Origin: Prochlorococcus sp. AG-679-M23
Lineage (GTDB): Bacteria > Cyanobacteriota > Cyanobacteriia > PCC-6307 > Cyanobiaceae
Reading direction: 5' to 3'
Length of the DNA: 64,000 nt
Assembly (NCBI GenBank): GCA_003208875.1
Contig: QCUR01000002.1
Span: 128,001-192,000, forward strand
Every line of letters begins with the position of its first letter. Position 1 is the stretch's first letter. Positions 23,752 through 33,398 of the stretch are shown here, piece by piece. The translations under genes and the position numbers were made by a program. A model generated the notes under the pieces. It was not told the origin of the DNA, did not search any database, and was given only the letters and a program-made list of their open reading frames with translations.

Positions 23752-24366
23752 ATGCCCTTTGAAAATAATCAAAGAATTACACGTAGACGTAGCTCAGCTG
23801 GACCTACACCTCCTAAAAGACCAATAGGTAACAATTCAGATTTTAACGGGCGTCAAAATCAAGGCCCCCGTCCAACTTTTTTAACTTTAAGGGATCATGG
23901 AAAGGTTTTTGTTGCTGATTTACCAAATCTATCTGACGGACAATTAGCGCATATAAGTAAAGAAGCTAATGAGGTTTTAAATAGTCTTGAGAAAAGGCTA
24001 AGTGATCTTGAGAATGACTCAGGTTCTACAAATTCTGAAAATGATACTTTGATAAAAGCCTCTACTAAAAGAGATGTAACACTTAGATTTATCAAATCAA
24101 TAGAAGAAGAACAAGATCATAGAAAAAATAATCCTGCCTTAAGAGATGCTGCTTCTGAATCATTACCAAGAACTTTTCTTGAGGTTGCAAGACATAGATT
24201 ACCTGGGGCTACTTTTGATTCGCTTCTTAGAGAAGCACTTGAGGCTTGTGCGGTAGATGAGAAACCTAAGGAAAGCAAAGTTATTGATGAACCCAAAGAA
24301 TCTGTAAAAATTATGGATATACCCTCTTCTAACGCTAATCCTTCTTTTGTTGTTAATATCGATTAA
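23752..24366 (+). CDS. Hypothetical protein with Arg/Pro-rich N-terminus
   Basis: 204-aa ORF with TATAAT at 23690-23695 upstream. Confidence 0.8.
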   Translation: MPFENNQRITRRRSSAGPTPPKRPIGNNSDFNGRQNQGPRPTFLTLRDHGKVFVADLPNLSDGQLAHISKEANEVLNSLEKRLSDLENDSGSTNSENDTLIKASTKRDVTLRFIKSIEEEQDHRKNNPALRDAASESLPRTFLEVARHRLPGATFDSLLREALEACAVDEKPKESKVIDEPKESVKIMDIPSSNANPSFVVNID

Positions 24367-24383
24367 AAATCAAAAATAAGATA

Positions 24384-24545
24384 ATGGAAGCCTATGAGCT
24401 TAAATATAATTCGATAAGTGATAAAACCAAAAAAGAATCTCGAGTTTCTCTAGATAATGAAAAGATTTTGTGTAATCACTGTAAAAGGACTGCTTCGAAT
24501 GGTATACGTTGTTTAGGTATATGTGTTGCTGATAATGACTATTAG
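24384..24545 (+). CDS. 53-aa cysteine-rich microprotein, not in the ORF track
   Basis: MEAYELKYNSISDKTKKESRVSLDNEKILCNHCKRTASNGIRCLGICVADNDY*; 17 nt after the upstream stop; CxxC-x9-CxxxC. Confidence 0.75.
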   Translation: MEAYELKYNSISDKTKKESRVSLDNEKILCNHCKRTASNGIRCLGICVADNDY

Positions 24546-24858
24546 AAAGATTAATTTTAAAAAAACGATTAATAGATTCTCTTTTTTAGCTTGTTTAATT
24601 TTTTAACTCTCTTCTGAAAGAATAAAAACACAATACATTTATTATCCTAGTATCTACAAGTGATATTTCTTTATGACTTGAAAGCTTTCTCAATGGGCTA
24701 TTAATGGGATAATAAAAATAGGTTCATAAAACTTGATAATTTATCAGTTAACTTATCTTCCATACAATTCAGCCTGAAGGAATTGAAATACGAAAATCGC
24801 TACGAAAAACTTCAGTTCCTTGAAAGCTTTATAGCTGATATTATCACTGATTTAAAAA

Positions 24859-24929
24859 AGGCGGCACCCAGATTCGAACTGGGGATAAAGGATTTGCAAT
24901 CCTCTGCCTTACCACTTGGCCATGCCGCC
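24859..24929 (-). tRNA. trnC: tRNA-Cys(GCA)
   Basis: Reverse complement GGCGGCATGGCCAAGTGGTAAGGCAGAGGATTGCAAATCCTTTATCCCCAGTTCGAATCTGGGTGCCGCCT. Confidence 0.97.
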
Positions 24930-24938
24930 GATAGAGAA

Positions 24939-26201
24939 ATGATTCAATCACATTATGATCCTACCAGTAGCGCGTCTCATTCTGTATTAATTATATGTAA
25001 TGGACATGGGGAAGATGTTATCGCATTAGAAATAATAAAAAGATTCTTAAAAAAAATAAAAATTAAAAAAGTTGAAGTTATGCCATTGGTTGGCAATGGT
25101 AAGATTTTTGACTGCATAAAATCAAAGAATTTTAGCAAAATTGGTTGTCTTAAGGAATTACCAAGCGGAGGTTTTAGTAATCAAAGCTTAAAAGGATTTC
25201 TTCTTGATTTTTTCGCTGGGTTTTTAGTAGATACTTTTAAAAACTTTTTAATTTTAAGAGGCAAATCAAAAGATAATTATAAAATTATTGCCGTGGGTGA
25301 TTTGTTGCCTTTATTTTTTGCGTGGATTTCAAAATGCGAATTTAGTTTTGTCGGCACGCCTAAAAGTGATCATACATGGAGTAATGGACCTGGATGGGCA
25401 TTGAGTGACTTTTATCATAAATTTAAAGGCTCTGAATGGGACCCTTGGGAAATTTTTTTAATGAGGTCTCCTAGATGTAAAAGTTTAATAATGAGAGATG
25501 AAATTACAGCAAATAATTTAAATAAAAAAAAGATTAGTGCTAAATATTTTGGGAACCCAATGATGGATTTTGTAGATACAAAAAATGAAAATATTTCTAA
25601 TATTATTATGTTTAATAGGTTAATTTTAATTATAGGAAGTCGATTCCCTGAAGCTCTAAATAATCTTGATATTTTTTTAAAATGTTTAGAAGATGTAAAA
25701 ATATCAAATGATTTGATTATTCTTTTGCCTCTAAGTATTAATGCAAATGTTTTTACGATTAAGCGTCATTTATCTAATAATGGTTATTTGGAAGAAAATA
25801 ATGTGAATTTTTTGGTTGGTGAAGATTCAGTTTGGAAAAATAAAGATAAATATATTTTGTTAGGCAAAAGTACTTTTAATCAGTGGGCTAATATGGCCTG
25901 TGTTGGATTGTCAAATGCAGGCACTGCTACTGAACAAATAACTGGCCTTGGTATACCCTCTATTTCTATTCCAGGCGCTGGCCCTCAATTCACAAAATCA
26001 TTTGCAAAAAGACAGTCTAGATTATTAGGAGGAAGTGTATTAGTTTGTGATAATAAAAAAACTCTTATTGAAAATTTAGAGGTTTTACTAAATAAAAAAG
26101 ATTACAGATTAAAACAAGTAAAAATCGGAATGAAAAGAATGGGTAAAAGGGGGGCTAGTAAAAAAATTGTGGATCATATAAATTTAAATTTGTTAACTTG
26201 A
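24939..26201 (+). CDS. Lipid-A-disaccharide synthase-related (GT-B-like) protein
   Basis: CNGHGED, LPLVG-like MPLVG, PSGGF, AVGD, GNPMMD, GSRFPEA, AGTATEQ, GPQFT; start set at ATG 24939 to avoid tRNA-Cys. Confidence 0.8.
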   Translation: MIQSHYDPTSSASHSVLIICNGHGEDVIALEIIKRFLKKIKIKKVEVMPLVGNGKIFDCIKSKNFSKIGCLKELPSGGFSNQSLKGFLLDFFAGFLVDTFKNFLILRGKSKDNYKIIAVGDLLPLFFAWISKCEFSFVGTPKSDHTWSNGPGWALSDFYHKFKGSEWDPWEIFLMRSPRCKSLIMRDEITANNLNKKKISAKYFGNPMMDFVDTKNENISNIIMFNRLILIIGSRFPEALNNLDIFLKCLEDVKISNDLIILLPLSINANVFTIKRHLSNNGYLEENNVNFLVGEDSVWKNKDKYILLGKSTFNQWANMACVGLSNAGTATEQITGLGIPSISIPGAGPQFTKSFAKRQSRLLGGSVLVCDNKKTLIENLEVLLNKKDYRLKQVKIGMKRMGKRGASKKIVDHINLNLLT

Positions 26202-26234
26202 TCAAGTAATATTTAAAAGGTTTTATAATTTTTT

Positions 26235-26501
26235 ATGTATCCTATTAATGATCGTCAATATATAGCAACATGCTCTGAGATAGCTAAGTTACTCAGTGTA
26301 AGTTTGTCCTCAGCAAAAAAAAAAGTAGAAATTCAAATTGCAAAAAAAGGTTCTAAAACTATTGAAGAAAAAAGACAAGTTGCACAAGATCTTTTGAAAA
26401 CATGTGAAAATGATAATAGAAACAAACAAAGTTCATCTAAAATACTAGATAAACTTATGTCGACTCTAGAAAATGAAGATAATTTTATAACTGAAGATTA
26501 A
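26235..26501 (+). CDS. Hypothetical protein
   Basis: 88-aa ORF filling the gap, ending ENEDNFITED. Confidence 0.7.
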   Translation: MYPINDRQYIATCSEIAKLLSVSLSSAKKKVEIQIAKKGSKTIEEKRQVAQDLLKTCENDNRNKQSSSKILDKLMSTLENEDNFITED

Positions 26502-27143
26502 TTAATGTTCAAATATATTCGAGAATTTTAATATATCTAATTCAGAATGAACTGGAATAGTCTTAAAACATTTTTGAGCCAACTCATATCTTCCTTCTCT
26601 ATCAAGAATCACCTTTAATTTGTGCATTGCCTCAATTAAATATCTAACGTCGTTGGCAGCATAATCAATTTGCTTATTAGATAAATCTTCCGAGCTTCCC
26701 CAATCACTACTTTGTGAACTTTTATCTAGTTCTACTTCTATTAATTCATTGATTAAATCTTTTAAGCCATGTTTATTTGTATAGGTTCTTGCTAATTTAC
26801 TGGCTATTTTTGTACAGAAAATATTTCTTGTATTAATTTCAAGATTACATCTTAGAGCTGCGACATCAAATCTGGCATAATGAAATATTTTCATTATGTT
26901 TTTATCCTCAAATAATTTTTTTATATTGGGTGAATCTGAGTTGTTAAGTTCTATTTTTATGCATGCAGTCAAATTTAATTCATTACATATTTGTATTAAA
27001 CAAAGCCTATCTCTTCCATGTATCAATCCCATTGCCTCAGTATCTACAGCTAAATAAGATGAGTTCTTGTAAAGATTATATAAATCAGTATTTATATCAT
27101 TATGGGAAAAATTTATTTTTTTATTATTTTCACCATTTTTCAT
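26502..27143 (-). CDS. rnd: Ribonuclease D-like 3'-5' exonuclease (DEDDy)
   Basis: AVDTE, FHYARFD, SSDW, YAANDV. Confidence 0.9.
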   Translation of the reverse strand: MKNGENNKKINFSHNDINTDLYNLYKNSSYLAVDTEAMGLIHGRDRLCLIQICNELNLTACIKIELNNSDSPNIKKLFEDKNIMKIFHYARFDVAALRCNLEINTRNIFCTKIASKLARTYTNKHGLKDLINELIEVELDKSSQSSDWGSSEDLSNKQIDYAANDVRYLIEAMHKLKVILDREGRYELAQKCFKTIPVHSELDILKFSNIFEH

Positions 27144-27311
27144 AAGTATTAACGATAATTTATTTTAATTTTTACTTTACATTATTTTCTAAGTTTGTGA
27201 TTAAATTTTTTCTAAGGATTTAAAGTAAATTTTTAACCATAAAAAATTTAAAATTATATTATGATAAATTTCTAATTAGACAAAATAGTTAATATTATTA
27301 GTTGTGTATAA

Positions 27312-27872
27312 ATGACTTATTCCCTTAATTCAACATTATTACTTACAATTCTTCTTGCAATAGGTTTATTTTTTTTCCTAAGAGCTTCAAGTAAGGATAG
27401 AACGACAATAGTTGAAATAACTTCGTCTCAAAAACCTATAGAAGTTTTAAAAGTTATGTACGAATGGCTTGATTTAAGAGGTTGGAACCAGACAGGTGGA
27501 GATTTTGATCAAAGAATTTTAATATTTAAAGGCCAAGTTGTATCTAGCAAATTTTTAGCAATTTTTTTAGGTTTTCTTGGTGGGTTTGGATCCTGTGCTC
27601 TAGGGTTAGTAATTATTCAAATTTATCCAACTTTGGGATGGTGGCCTATTCTTTTAGGTTTAATTGGAGGTCCTTTATCAGGAATGATTTATTTTAAGAA
27701 ATCAGCTAGGGAAGAAAAATTTGAATTGAAATTGATAAGTAGTGAAGATAATGAAGAAATGACATTAATTAGATTAAGAGCTCATAGAGATGAATTAATT
27801 TCCTTAGAAAATGAATTAAGAGATAGGCTCAAATTAAAAAGTGATGGTTCTTTGTTTAAAACACCAATTTAG
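27312..27872 (+). CDS. ccb1: Cofactor assembly of complex C subunit B (CCB1-like, cytochrome b6 heme ci attachment)
   Basis: LLAIGLFFFLRASSKDRT N-terminus, TM segments, AHRDEL. Confidence 0.8.
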   Translation: MTYSLNSTLLLTILLAIGLFFFLRASSKDRTTIVEITSSQKPIEVLKVMYEWLDLRGWNQTGGDFDQRILIFKGQVVSSKFLAIFLGFLGGFGSCALGLVIIQIYPTLGWWPILLGLIGGPLSGMIYFKKSAREEKFELKLISSEDNEEMTLIRLRAHRDELISLENELRDRLKLKSDGSLFKTPI

Positions 27873-27901
27873 TAAAATTTTCTAAATAGGTTTCAAGCAA
27901 T

Positions 27902-28930
27902 TTAATCAAAAATATTATTTTCCATACAAAATTTTTCTAAATTTTTATCATTTTGCCAATCCTGAGGTTTTGTGAAAATATTTGTGAGATAATCTTCTCT
28001 TGATCCTTTTTTGGCTTTATACCCATATTCCCATCTAGCCAATGGTGGTAAAGACATTAAGATAGATTCAGTTCTACCATTTGTTTGTAATCCAAAAATT
28101 GTTCCTCTGTCCCAAACCAAATTAAATTCAACGTATCTTCCTCGTCTATATAGTTGAAATTCTCTCTGCTCTTTTGTGTAATTTTGGTTAACTCTTTTTT
28201 CAATTATTGGTTGATACGAATCTAAGAATGCTTCACCGCAATTTTCTGCTAATGAAAATAAATTATTCCAATTTAAGTTTAATTCTCCAATATTAATAGA
28301 TTCTTTATAGGCCTTACTCTCTTTATTATCACCTTTATAAATACTGCCAGAACCATCTTGATAATCATAAAAGATCCCTCCAATACCTCTAGATTCATTT
28401 CTATGTTTTAAAAAAAAATATTCATCACACCATGGCTTAAATACCTTGTATAGATTTTTATTCACTTTTTCACAGGCATTACAATGTTCTTTATGAAAAT
28501 TTCTTACATCAGTTAAATATGGATAATATGGCGTTAGGTCGGCACCTCCACCAAACCACCAAACTGGTCCTGCTTCAAAATAACGATAATTAAGATGTAC
28601 TGTAGGTATAAATGGACTTTTAGGGTGTAAGACCATCGAAGTGCCAGTAGCAAACCATTCATGGCCCTTAGCTTCTGGTCTTTGTGAGATTATCGATTGA
28701 GGGAGTTCTTTCCCATGTACTTCTGAGAAATTCACTCCAGCTTGCTCAAAAATTGAGCCGTTTTTTAAAACTCTAGACCTTCCCCCTCCACCTTCTTCTC
28801 TGAGCCAAGATTCTTCAGTAAATTTAGCTTTTCCATCAATATTTTCCAGGCCTTTGCAAATATTATCTTGTAACTTGAGTAAGAGATTCTTCGTTTTTTC
28901 TCTTGAATTATTAGGGGGTTCTTTAGACAT
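27902..28930 (-). CDS. hemF: Oxygen-dependent coproporphyrinogen III oxidase
   Basis: [41 protein letters not shown]. Confidence 0.97.
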   Translation of the reverse strand: MSKEPPNNSREKTKNLLLKLQDNICKGLENIDGKAKFTEESWLREEGGGGRSRVLKNGSIFEQAGVNFSEVHGKELPQSIISQRPEAKGHEWFATGTSMVLHPKSPFIPTVHLNYRYFEAGPVWWFGGGADLTPYYPYLTDVRNFHKEHCNACEKVNKNLYKVFKPWCDEYFFLKHRNESRGIGGIFYDYQDGSGSIYKGDNKESKAYKESINIGELNLNWNNLFSLAENCGEAFLDSYQPIIEKRVNQNYTKEQREFQLYRRGRYVEFNLVWDRGTIFGLQTNGRTESILMSLPPLARWEYGYKAKKGSREDYLTNIFTKPQDWQNDKNLEKFCMENNIFD

Positions 28931-29088
28931 TTATTTAACTTGATATTTGAAGAATAAAATTTTTGGTTAATTAGTAGTTTCCCTTTATAATTTCGTTTAA
29001 GGGGGTGGTAATTTCTTATTATTCTAAAGTTCGACATAGTTCTTAATCTTTTAAAGAGTCGACTAACCTATAAAAACATTTAAAAATT

Positions 29089-30159
29089 TTGATGACTACA
29101 GTCGAAGATGCGAATTATTCATTATCAAAGATTCTAGATTCTGGATCAAAGAAAAATCTTATTGAACTTGCCTGGATTAAGAATGTTAGAGTAATTTTAC
29201 CCAGAATAATAATCACACTATCCTTACCTTCATTTGCAAATTCTCAAAGAGAGCGAATAGTAAAAGAGGTTAAAAATATACTCCTTAAATTTGAGGATGT
29301 TAATGATGTACAAATAGAAATTGATAATAACGTATCTAAACCTAATTCTACAAGCGAAAATAATTTAACTGAGTTGAAGAACATTAAAGGCATAAAACAT
29401 ATTATCGCTATAAGTAGTGGTAAGGGAGGTGTTGGTAAAAGTACAATTGCAGTTAATATCGCATGTTCGTTAGCTAAATTAGGTTTAAAAACTGGTTTAT
29501 TAGATGCTGATATTTATGGGCCTAATACTCCTTCAATGCTGGGAGTTACCGAAGAAAATCCAAAAGTAACTGATGGTAGCGGTAATGATCAAAGATTAAT
29601 TCCAATTAATAAATATGGTATCTCATTAGTCTCAATGGGTTTTTTGATAGAAGAAGGACAACCAGTTATATGGAGAGGACCAATGTTAAATAGCATAATA
29701 AAACAATTTCTTTATCAAGTTGAATGGAATAATCTTGACTTCTTAGTTATTGACTTACCTCCAGGTACAGGAGATGCTCAAATATCTTTATCTCAATCTG
29801 TTCCTATTTCTGGTGCAATTGTTGTAACGACACCTCAAAAAGTATCTTTGCAAGATGCAAGAAGAGGGTTAGCAATGTTTAAGCAACTTGGTGTTCCACT
29901 ATTGGGTGTTGTAGAAAATATGTCTGTTTTTATTCCACCAGATATGCCTAATAAAAAATATGAAATTTTTGGTAAAGGTGGTGGGAAAATCTTAGCTGGG
30001 GAAAATAATTTACCATTACTTGCTCAAATTCCTATCGAAATAAAACTTGTCAATGATAGTAATAAGGGTGTTCCAATTTCAATAAGTGAACCAGATAAAG
30101 AAAGTTCAATTAGATTTAAAGAGTTAGCTCAATTGATTAAAAAACAATTTATTAATTAG
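29089..30159 (+). CDS. mrp: Mrp/ApbC/NBP35-family P-loop ATPase
   Basis: SGKGGVGKST, DADIYGP, WRGPM, DLPPGTGD, VTTPQ, VENMS. Confidence 0.93.
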   Translation: MMTTVEDANYSLSKILDSGSKKNLIELAWIKNVRVILPRIIITLSLPSFANSQRERIVKEVKNILLKFEDVNDVQIEIDNNVSKPNSTSENNLTELKNIKGIKHIIAISSGKGGVGKSTIAVNIACSLAKLGLKTGLLDADIYGPNTPSMLGVTEENPKVTDGSGNDQRLIPINKYGISLVSMGFLIEEGQPVIWRGPMLNSIIKQFLYQVEWNNLDFLVIDLPPGTGDAQISLSQSVPISGAIVVTTPQKVSLQDARRGLAMFKQLGVPLLGVVENMSVFIPPDMPNKKYEIFGKGGGKILAGENNLPLLAQIPIEIKLVNDSNKGVPISISEPDKESSIRFKELAQLIKKQFIN

Positions 30160-30164
30160 TATTA

Positions 30165-31433
30165 ATGTTTAAGGAAATTTCTTTAAAAAAGAAAAAGAGA
30201 TTTTTTGAAAGAAAACATAAAATTAATCGAAAAATTATTTTTTCACCTTTACTAGTTATCCCTTTAGCGTTAGTTTTTATTTCAAGTATTTTAATAAAAA
30301 GTGTACAAAGAGAATTTTTACAATCAGATTTTTTAAATCATCTTTTCACAGGCTTATTAGGTTATTTTTTAGCTATTTTTATTTCATATATACCAATAGA
30401 AAGACTTAAAAAATATTTGATTCCATTCTATTTTTGCTCTTTACTATCATTACTTTTAATTTATTTTTTTGGGATCTCAATATATGGTGCGCAAAGATGG
30501 CTGAGCTTAGGGATTTTTTCTTTTCAACCTTCGGAGGTAGCTAAATTGAGTACTATCTTAACTCTTGCATTAGTGCTGGAAAAGAAATCTATTTCTTCGA
30601 TAAAAGATCTAATATTACCTTTTTTAATTGTAGTCATTCCCTGGTTATTAATATTTTTCCAACCTGATTTAGGTACTTCTCTAGTTTTAATAGTATTGAC
30701 CTTTGTAATGCTTTATTGGTCCAGAATGCCGATAGAATGGTTTCTCATTTTGGTTTGTTGTATTTTTACCTCATTATTTTATTTAATTTCTCCAAACTTG
30801 CTTATTTTCTGGCTTGCTTTTATGGCTTACTTAGCTTATAGGTCCTCGCAAAAGAAAATCATCTTCTCGATGTTGATTTTAGCTCTTCATTCATTAGTTA
30901 TAAAGTTGACACCTTTTATTTGGGAATTTGGCTTAAAAGATTATCAAAAAGATAGATTAGTTCTGTTCCTAGATCCTAGTAGGGACCCTTTAGGCGGAGG
31001 ATATCATTTATTGCAAAGTAAAATAGCAATAGGTTCTGGAGGCCTTCTTGGTACTGGTTTATTAAATGGTAAACTTACAAATTTACAATTTATACCTGAA
31101 CAACATACAGATTTTATCTTTAGTGCGTTAGGGGAAGAACTAGGTTTTTTAGGATGCATTCTGGTTCTTTTTTTGTTTTTTGTTTTGATTAGTGGTCTTG
31201 TTAAGGTATCTGAAAATGCCAGAACTCATTTTGAGTCATTAATAATTATTGGAATAGCGTCAACATTTTTATTTCAGATCATTATTAACTTATTCATGAC
31301 TATTGGATTAGGTCCAGTAACTGGCATCCCGCTACCTTTTATGAGTTATGGTAGGACTTCTTTACTAATTAACTTTATATGCATTGGTCTAGCATTATCT
31401 ACTTTAAATCGCTCTAGATCATTAAAAAATTAA
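30165..31433 (+). CDS. rodA: SEDS peptidoglycan polymerase RodA
   Basis: GAQRW, FQPSEVAK, QPDLGT, IPEQHTDFIF, TGIPLPFMSYG. Confidence 0.92.
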   Translation: MFKEISLKKKKRFFERKHKINRKIIFSPLLVIPLALVFISSILIKSVQREFLQSDFLNHLFTGLLGYFLAIFISYIPIERLKKYLIPFYFCSLLSLLLIYFFGISIYGAQRWLSLGIFSFQPSEVAKLSTILTLALVLEKKSISSIKDLILPFLIVVIPWLLIFFQPDLGTSLVLIVLTFVMLYWSRMPIEWFLILVCCIFTSLFYLISPNLLIFWLAFMAYLAYRSSQKKIIFSMLILALHSLVIKLTPFIWEFGLKDYQKDRLVLFLDPSRDPLGGGYHLLQSKIAIGSGGLLGTGLLNGKLTNLQFIPEQHTDFIFSALGEELGFLGCILVLFLFFVLISGLVKVSENARTHFESLIIIGIASTFLFQIIINLFMTIGLGPVTGIPLPFMSYGRTSLLINFICIGLALSTLNRSRSLKN

Positions 31434-32803
31434 TGAAATCTCTGATAACTATAAAAAAAATTCAAGATTTACTTCTGCAAGGATTAAATACCTCATATGT
31501 TGATGACGAAACTTCTAGACGGATGTGGTGGGCTTCTTTAGAAGTTGTTCAAAAAGAGTTCCTCTCCCATTCCACTCAAGAAGGAGGATTTTGGGTAGCT
31601 TCTCCTTTGCCTGCTCTCACAGATAAAAAATGTCTTGCAAAAATGCAAGGTTGGTTATGGTCTCCAGAAGGTTTTCCATATTTTCAGATGGATAATGCTG
31701 GTTTCCTACCAGTAGATCATTCCATAAAAATTAAAGAAGATAGTAATTTTGTTAGGAATTATAAAGTCTTAAATTTAAATACTAAAGATGGTTATGAACC
31801 TTTTTTAATAATTATTACTACTAATTTTCAATGTCTTTTAACAATTGCAGGAGAAAAAGACAAGAGAACTTTACTTATGAGATGCGATGAAAACAGCCTA
31901 AAAACTGCAATTGAATTGATTGATGCAAAATTGAATCAAGAACATTATGAAGAAGCAATTAATTTTCGTAATGCAATTAAAAATTTAGGAGATCTTAATA
32001 TCAATAATGAATTTGAAAACAGTTTTTGGCCAAGTTTATCAATTAAGTTAGCAAATTTAATCCCTAAATTAAGTGTTCAGAATGCAGTTAAAAATGATGA
32101 TAAGAATGATCAATTAACGGAGGCAAAGTTATTACAAGCAATTTCTCATGAAGTCAGAACTCCTTTAGCAACTATAAGGACTTTAATAAGCTCTACTCTC
32201 AGGAAATATAATATGGACGAATCAATGAGAAACCGTTTAATTCAAATTGATAATGAGTGTAATGAGCAAATAGATAGATTTGGTCTTATTTTCAATGCCG
32301 CGGAACTTGTAAGTAACGATATTTCCGCCCCCAATCAGTTGGCAAGAATAAATTTAGGGGAAATTTTTTATAAATTATCACCTGTTTGGAATAAACAATT
32401 AACGCGACGTGGGATTTCGATAGAAATTGATATACCTGAACAACTTCCCGAAATTTTGAGTGATTCTGAAAAACTAGAATTAATGTTAAGAGGGCTAATT
32501 GATAAAAATACTCGAGGATTAAGAGAAGGAAGTAGTTTAATCTTAGAGTTGCGGCCCGCAGGACAAAAATTAAAACTTCAATTAAAAGTAAAAAAATTTG
32601 ATACGGGTAAAAACGAAATTTTTAATACAGAAAATGGTTCTGATATTGGTCCAGTATTAAATTGGAATCCTCAAACAGGGAGTTTACAATTAAGTCAAGT
32701 TGCAACTCAAAAATTATTAGCGAGTTTAGGAGGTCACGTTACACAAAGAAGGGATACTGGCTTGACAGTATTTTTCCCAATTGCAGATATAGATCATATT
32801 TAA
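31433..32803 (+). CDS. Sensor histidine kinase (Hik2/CSK-like) with atypical ATPase domain
   Basis: H-box SHEVRTPLATI; C-terminal WNPQTGSLQLS...LLASLGG. Confidence 0.8.
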   Translation: MKSLITIKKIQDLLLQGLNTSYVDDETSRRMWWASLEVVQKEFLSHSTQEGGFWVASPLPALTDKKCLAKMQGWLWSPEGFPYFQMDNAGFLPVDHSIKIKEDSNFVRNYKVLNLNTKDGYEPFLIIITTNFQCLLTIAGEKDKRTLLMRCDENSLKTAIELIDAKLNQEHYEEAINFRNAIKNLGDLNINNEFENSFWPSLSIKLANLIPKLSVQNAVKNDDKNDQLTEAKLLQAISHEVRTPLATIRTLISSTLRKYNMDESMRNRLIQIDNECNEQIDRFGLIFNAAELVSNDISAPNQLARINLGEIFYKLSPVWNKQLTRRGISIEIDIPEQLPEILSDSEKLELMLRGLIDKNTRGLREGSSLILELRPAGQKLKLQLKVKKFDTGKNEIFNTENGSDIGPVLNWNPQTGSLQLSQVATQKLLASLGGHVTQRRDTGLTVFFPIADIDHI

Positions 32804-32916
32804 ATGCATATTTCTTTTCTACATTTATTAATTAATGTAGAAACTTTTTAAATAATTAAGAAATTTGTAAAACATGAATGCTAGTTTCTTAATAAGAAAT
32901 AATTTCAAAATTTAGG

Positions 32917-33339
32917 ATGACTGAAACTTTAGTTGGTCAATTTCCAAAGCATATAGGCAGTACTGGGGGTTTATTAAACTCTGCAGAAACCGAAGAAAAA
33001 TATGCGATCTCATGGAATAGCTCCAAGGAACAAGCATTTGAATTACCTACTGGTGGAGCCGCTGTAATGCATGAAGGAGATAATTTAATGTACTTTGCAA
33101 GAAAAGAACAATGTCTTGCTCTTGGGACACAATTAAGGGGTTTTAAACCTAGGATTGAAAATTTTAAAATTTATAGAATATTCCCTGGCGGAGATATTGA
33201 ATTCTTACATCCTAAGGATGGAGTATTCTCCGAGAAAGTTAATGAAGGTAGAGAAAAAGTTGGTCATAATCCAAGAAGGATAGGAGAGAATCCTAATCCT
33301 GCAGGTTTAAAATTTACTACTAAAGAGACTTTTGAATAA
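32917..33339 (+). CDS. psaD: Photosystem I subunit II
   Basis: [28 protein letters not shown]. Confidence 0.97.
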   Translation: MTETLVGQFPKHIGSTGGLLNSAETEEKYAISWNSSKEQAFELPTGGAAVMHEGDNLMYFARKEQCLALGTQLRGFKPRIENFKIYRIFPGGDIEFLHPKDGVFSEKVNEGREKVGHNPRRIGENPNPAGLKFTTKETFE

Positions 33340-33398
33340 ATTATCAAAAGTTGATATAAGAAATAAATATAATTATAATTTGGACTGAATTTACTAGT

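Noticed and set aside
24783..24938. TTG-started N-terminal extension of the GT-B-like protein
   Set aside because: It spans antisense tRNA-Cys; not accepted as the start without evidence and kept only as a finding
32850..32875. RpaB HLR1-like site upstream of psaD (and similarly psaC near 3670-3692)
   Set aside because: Only one good TTACA half-site in AT-rich DNA
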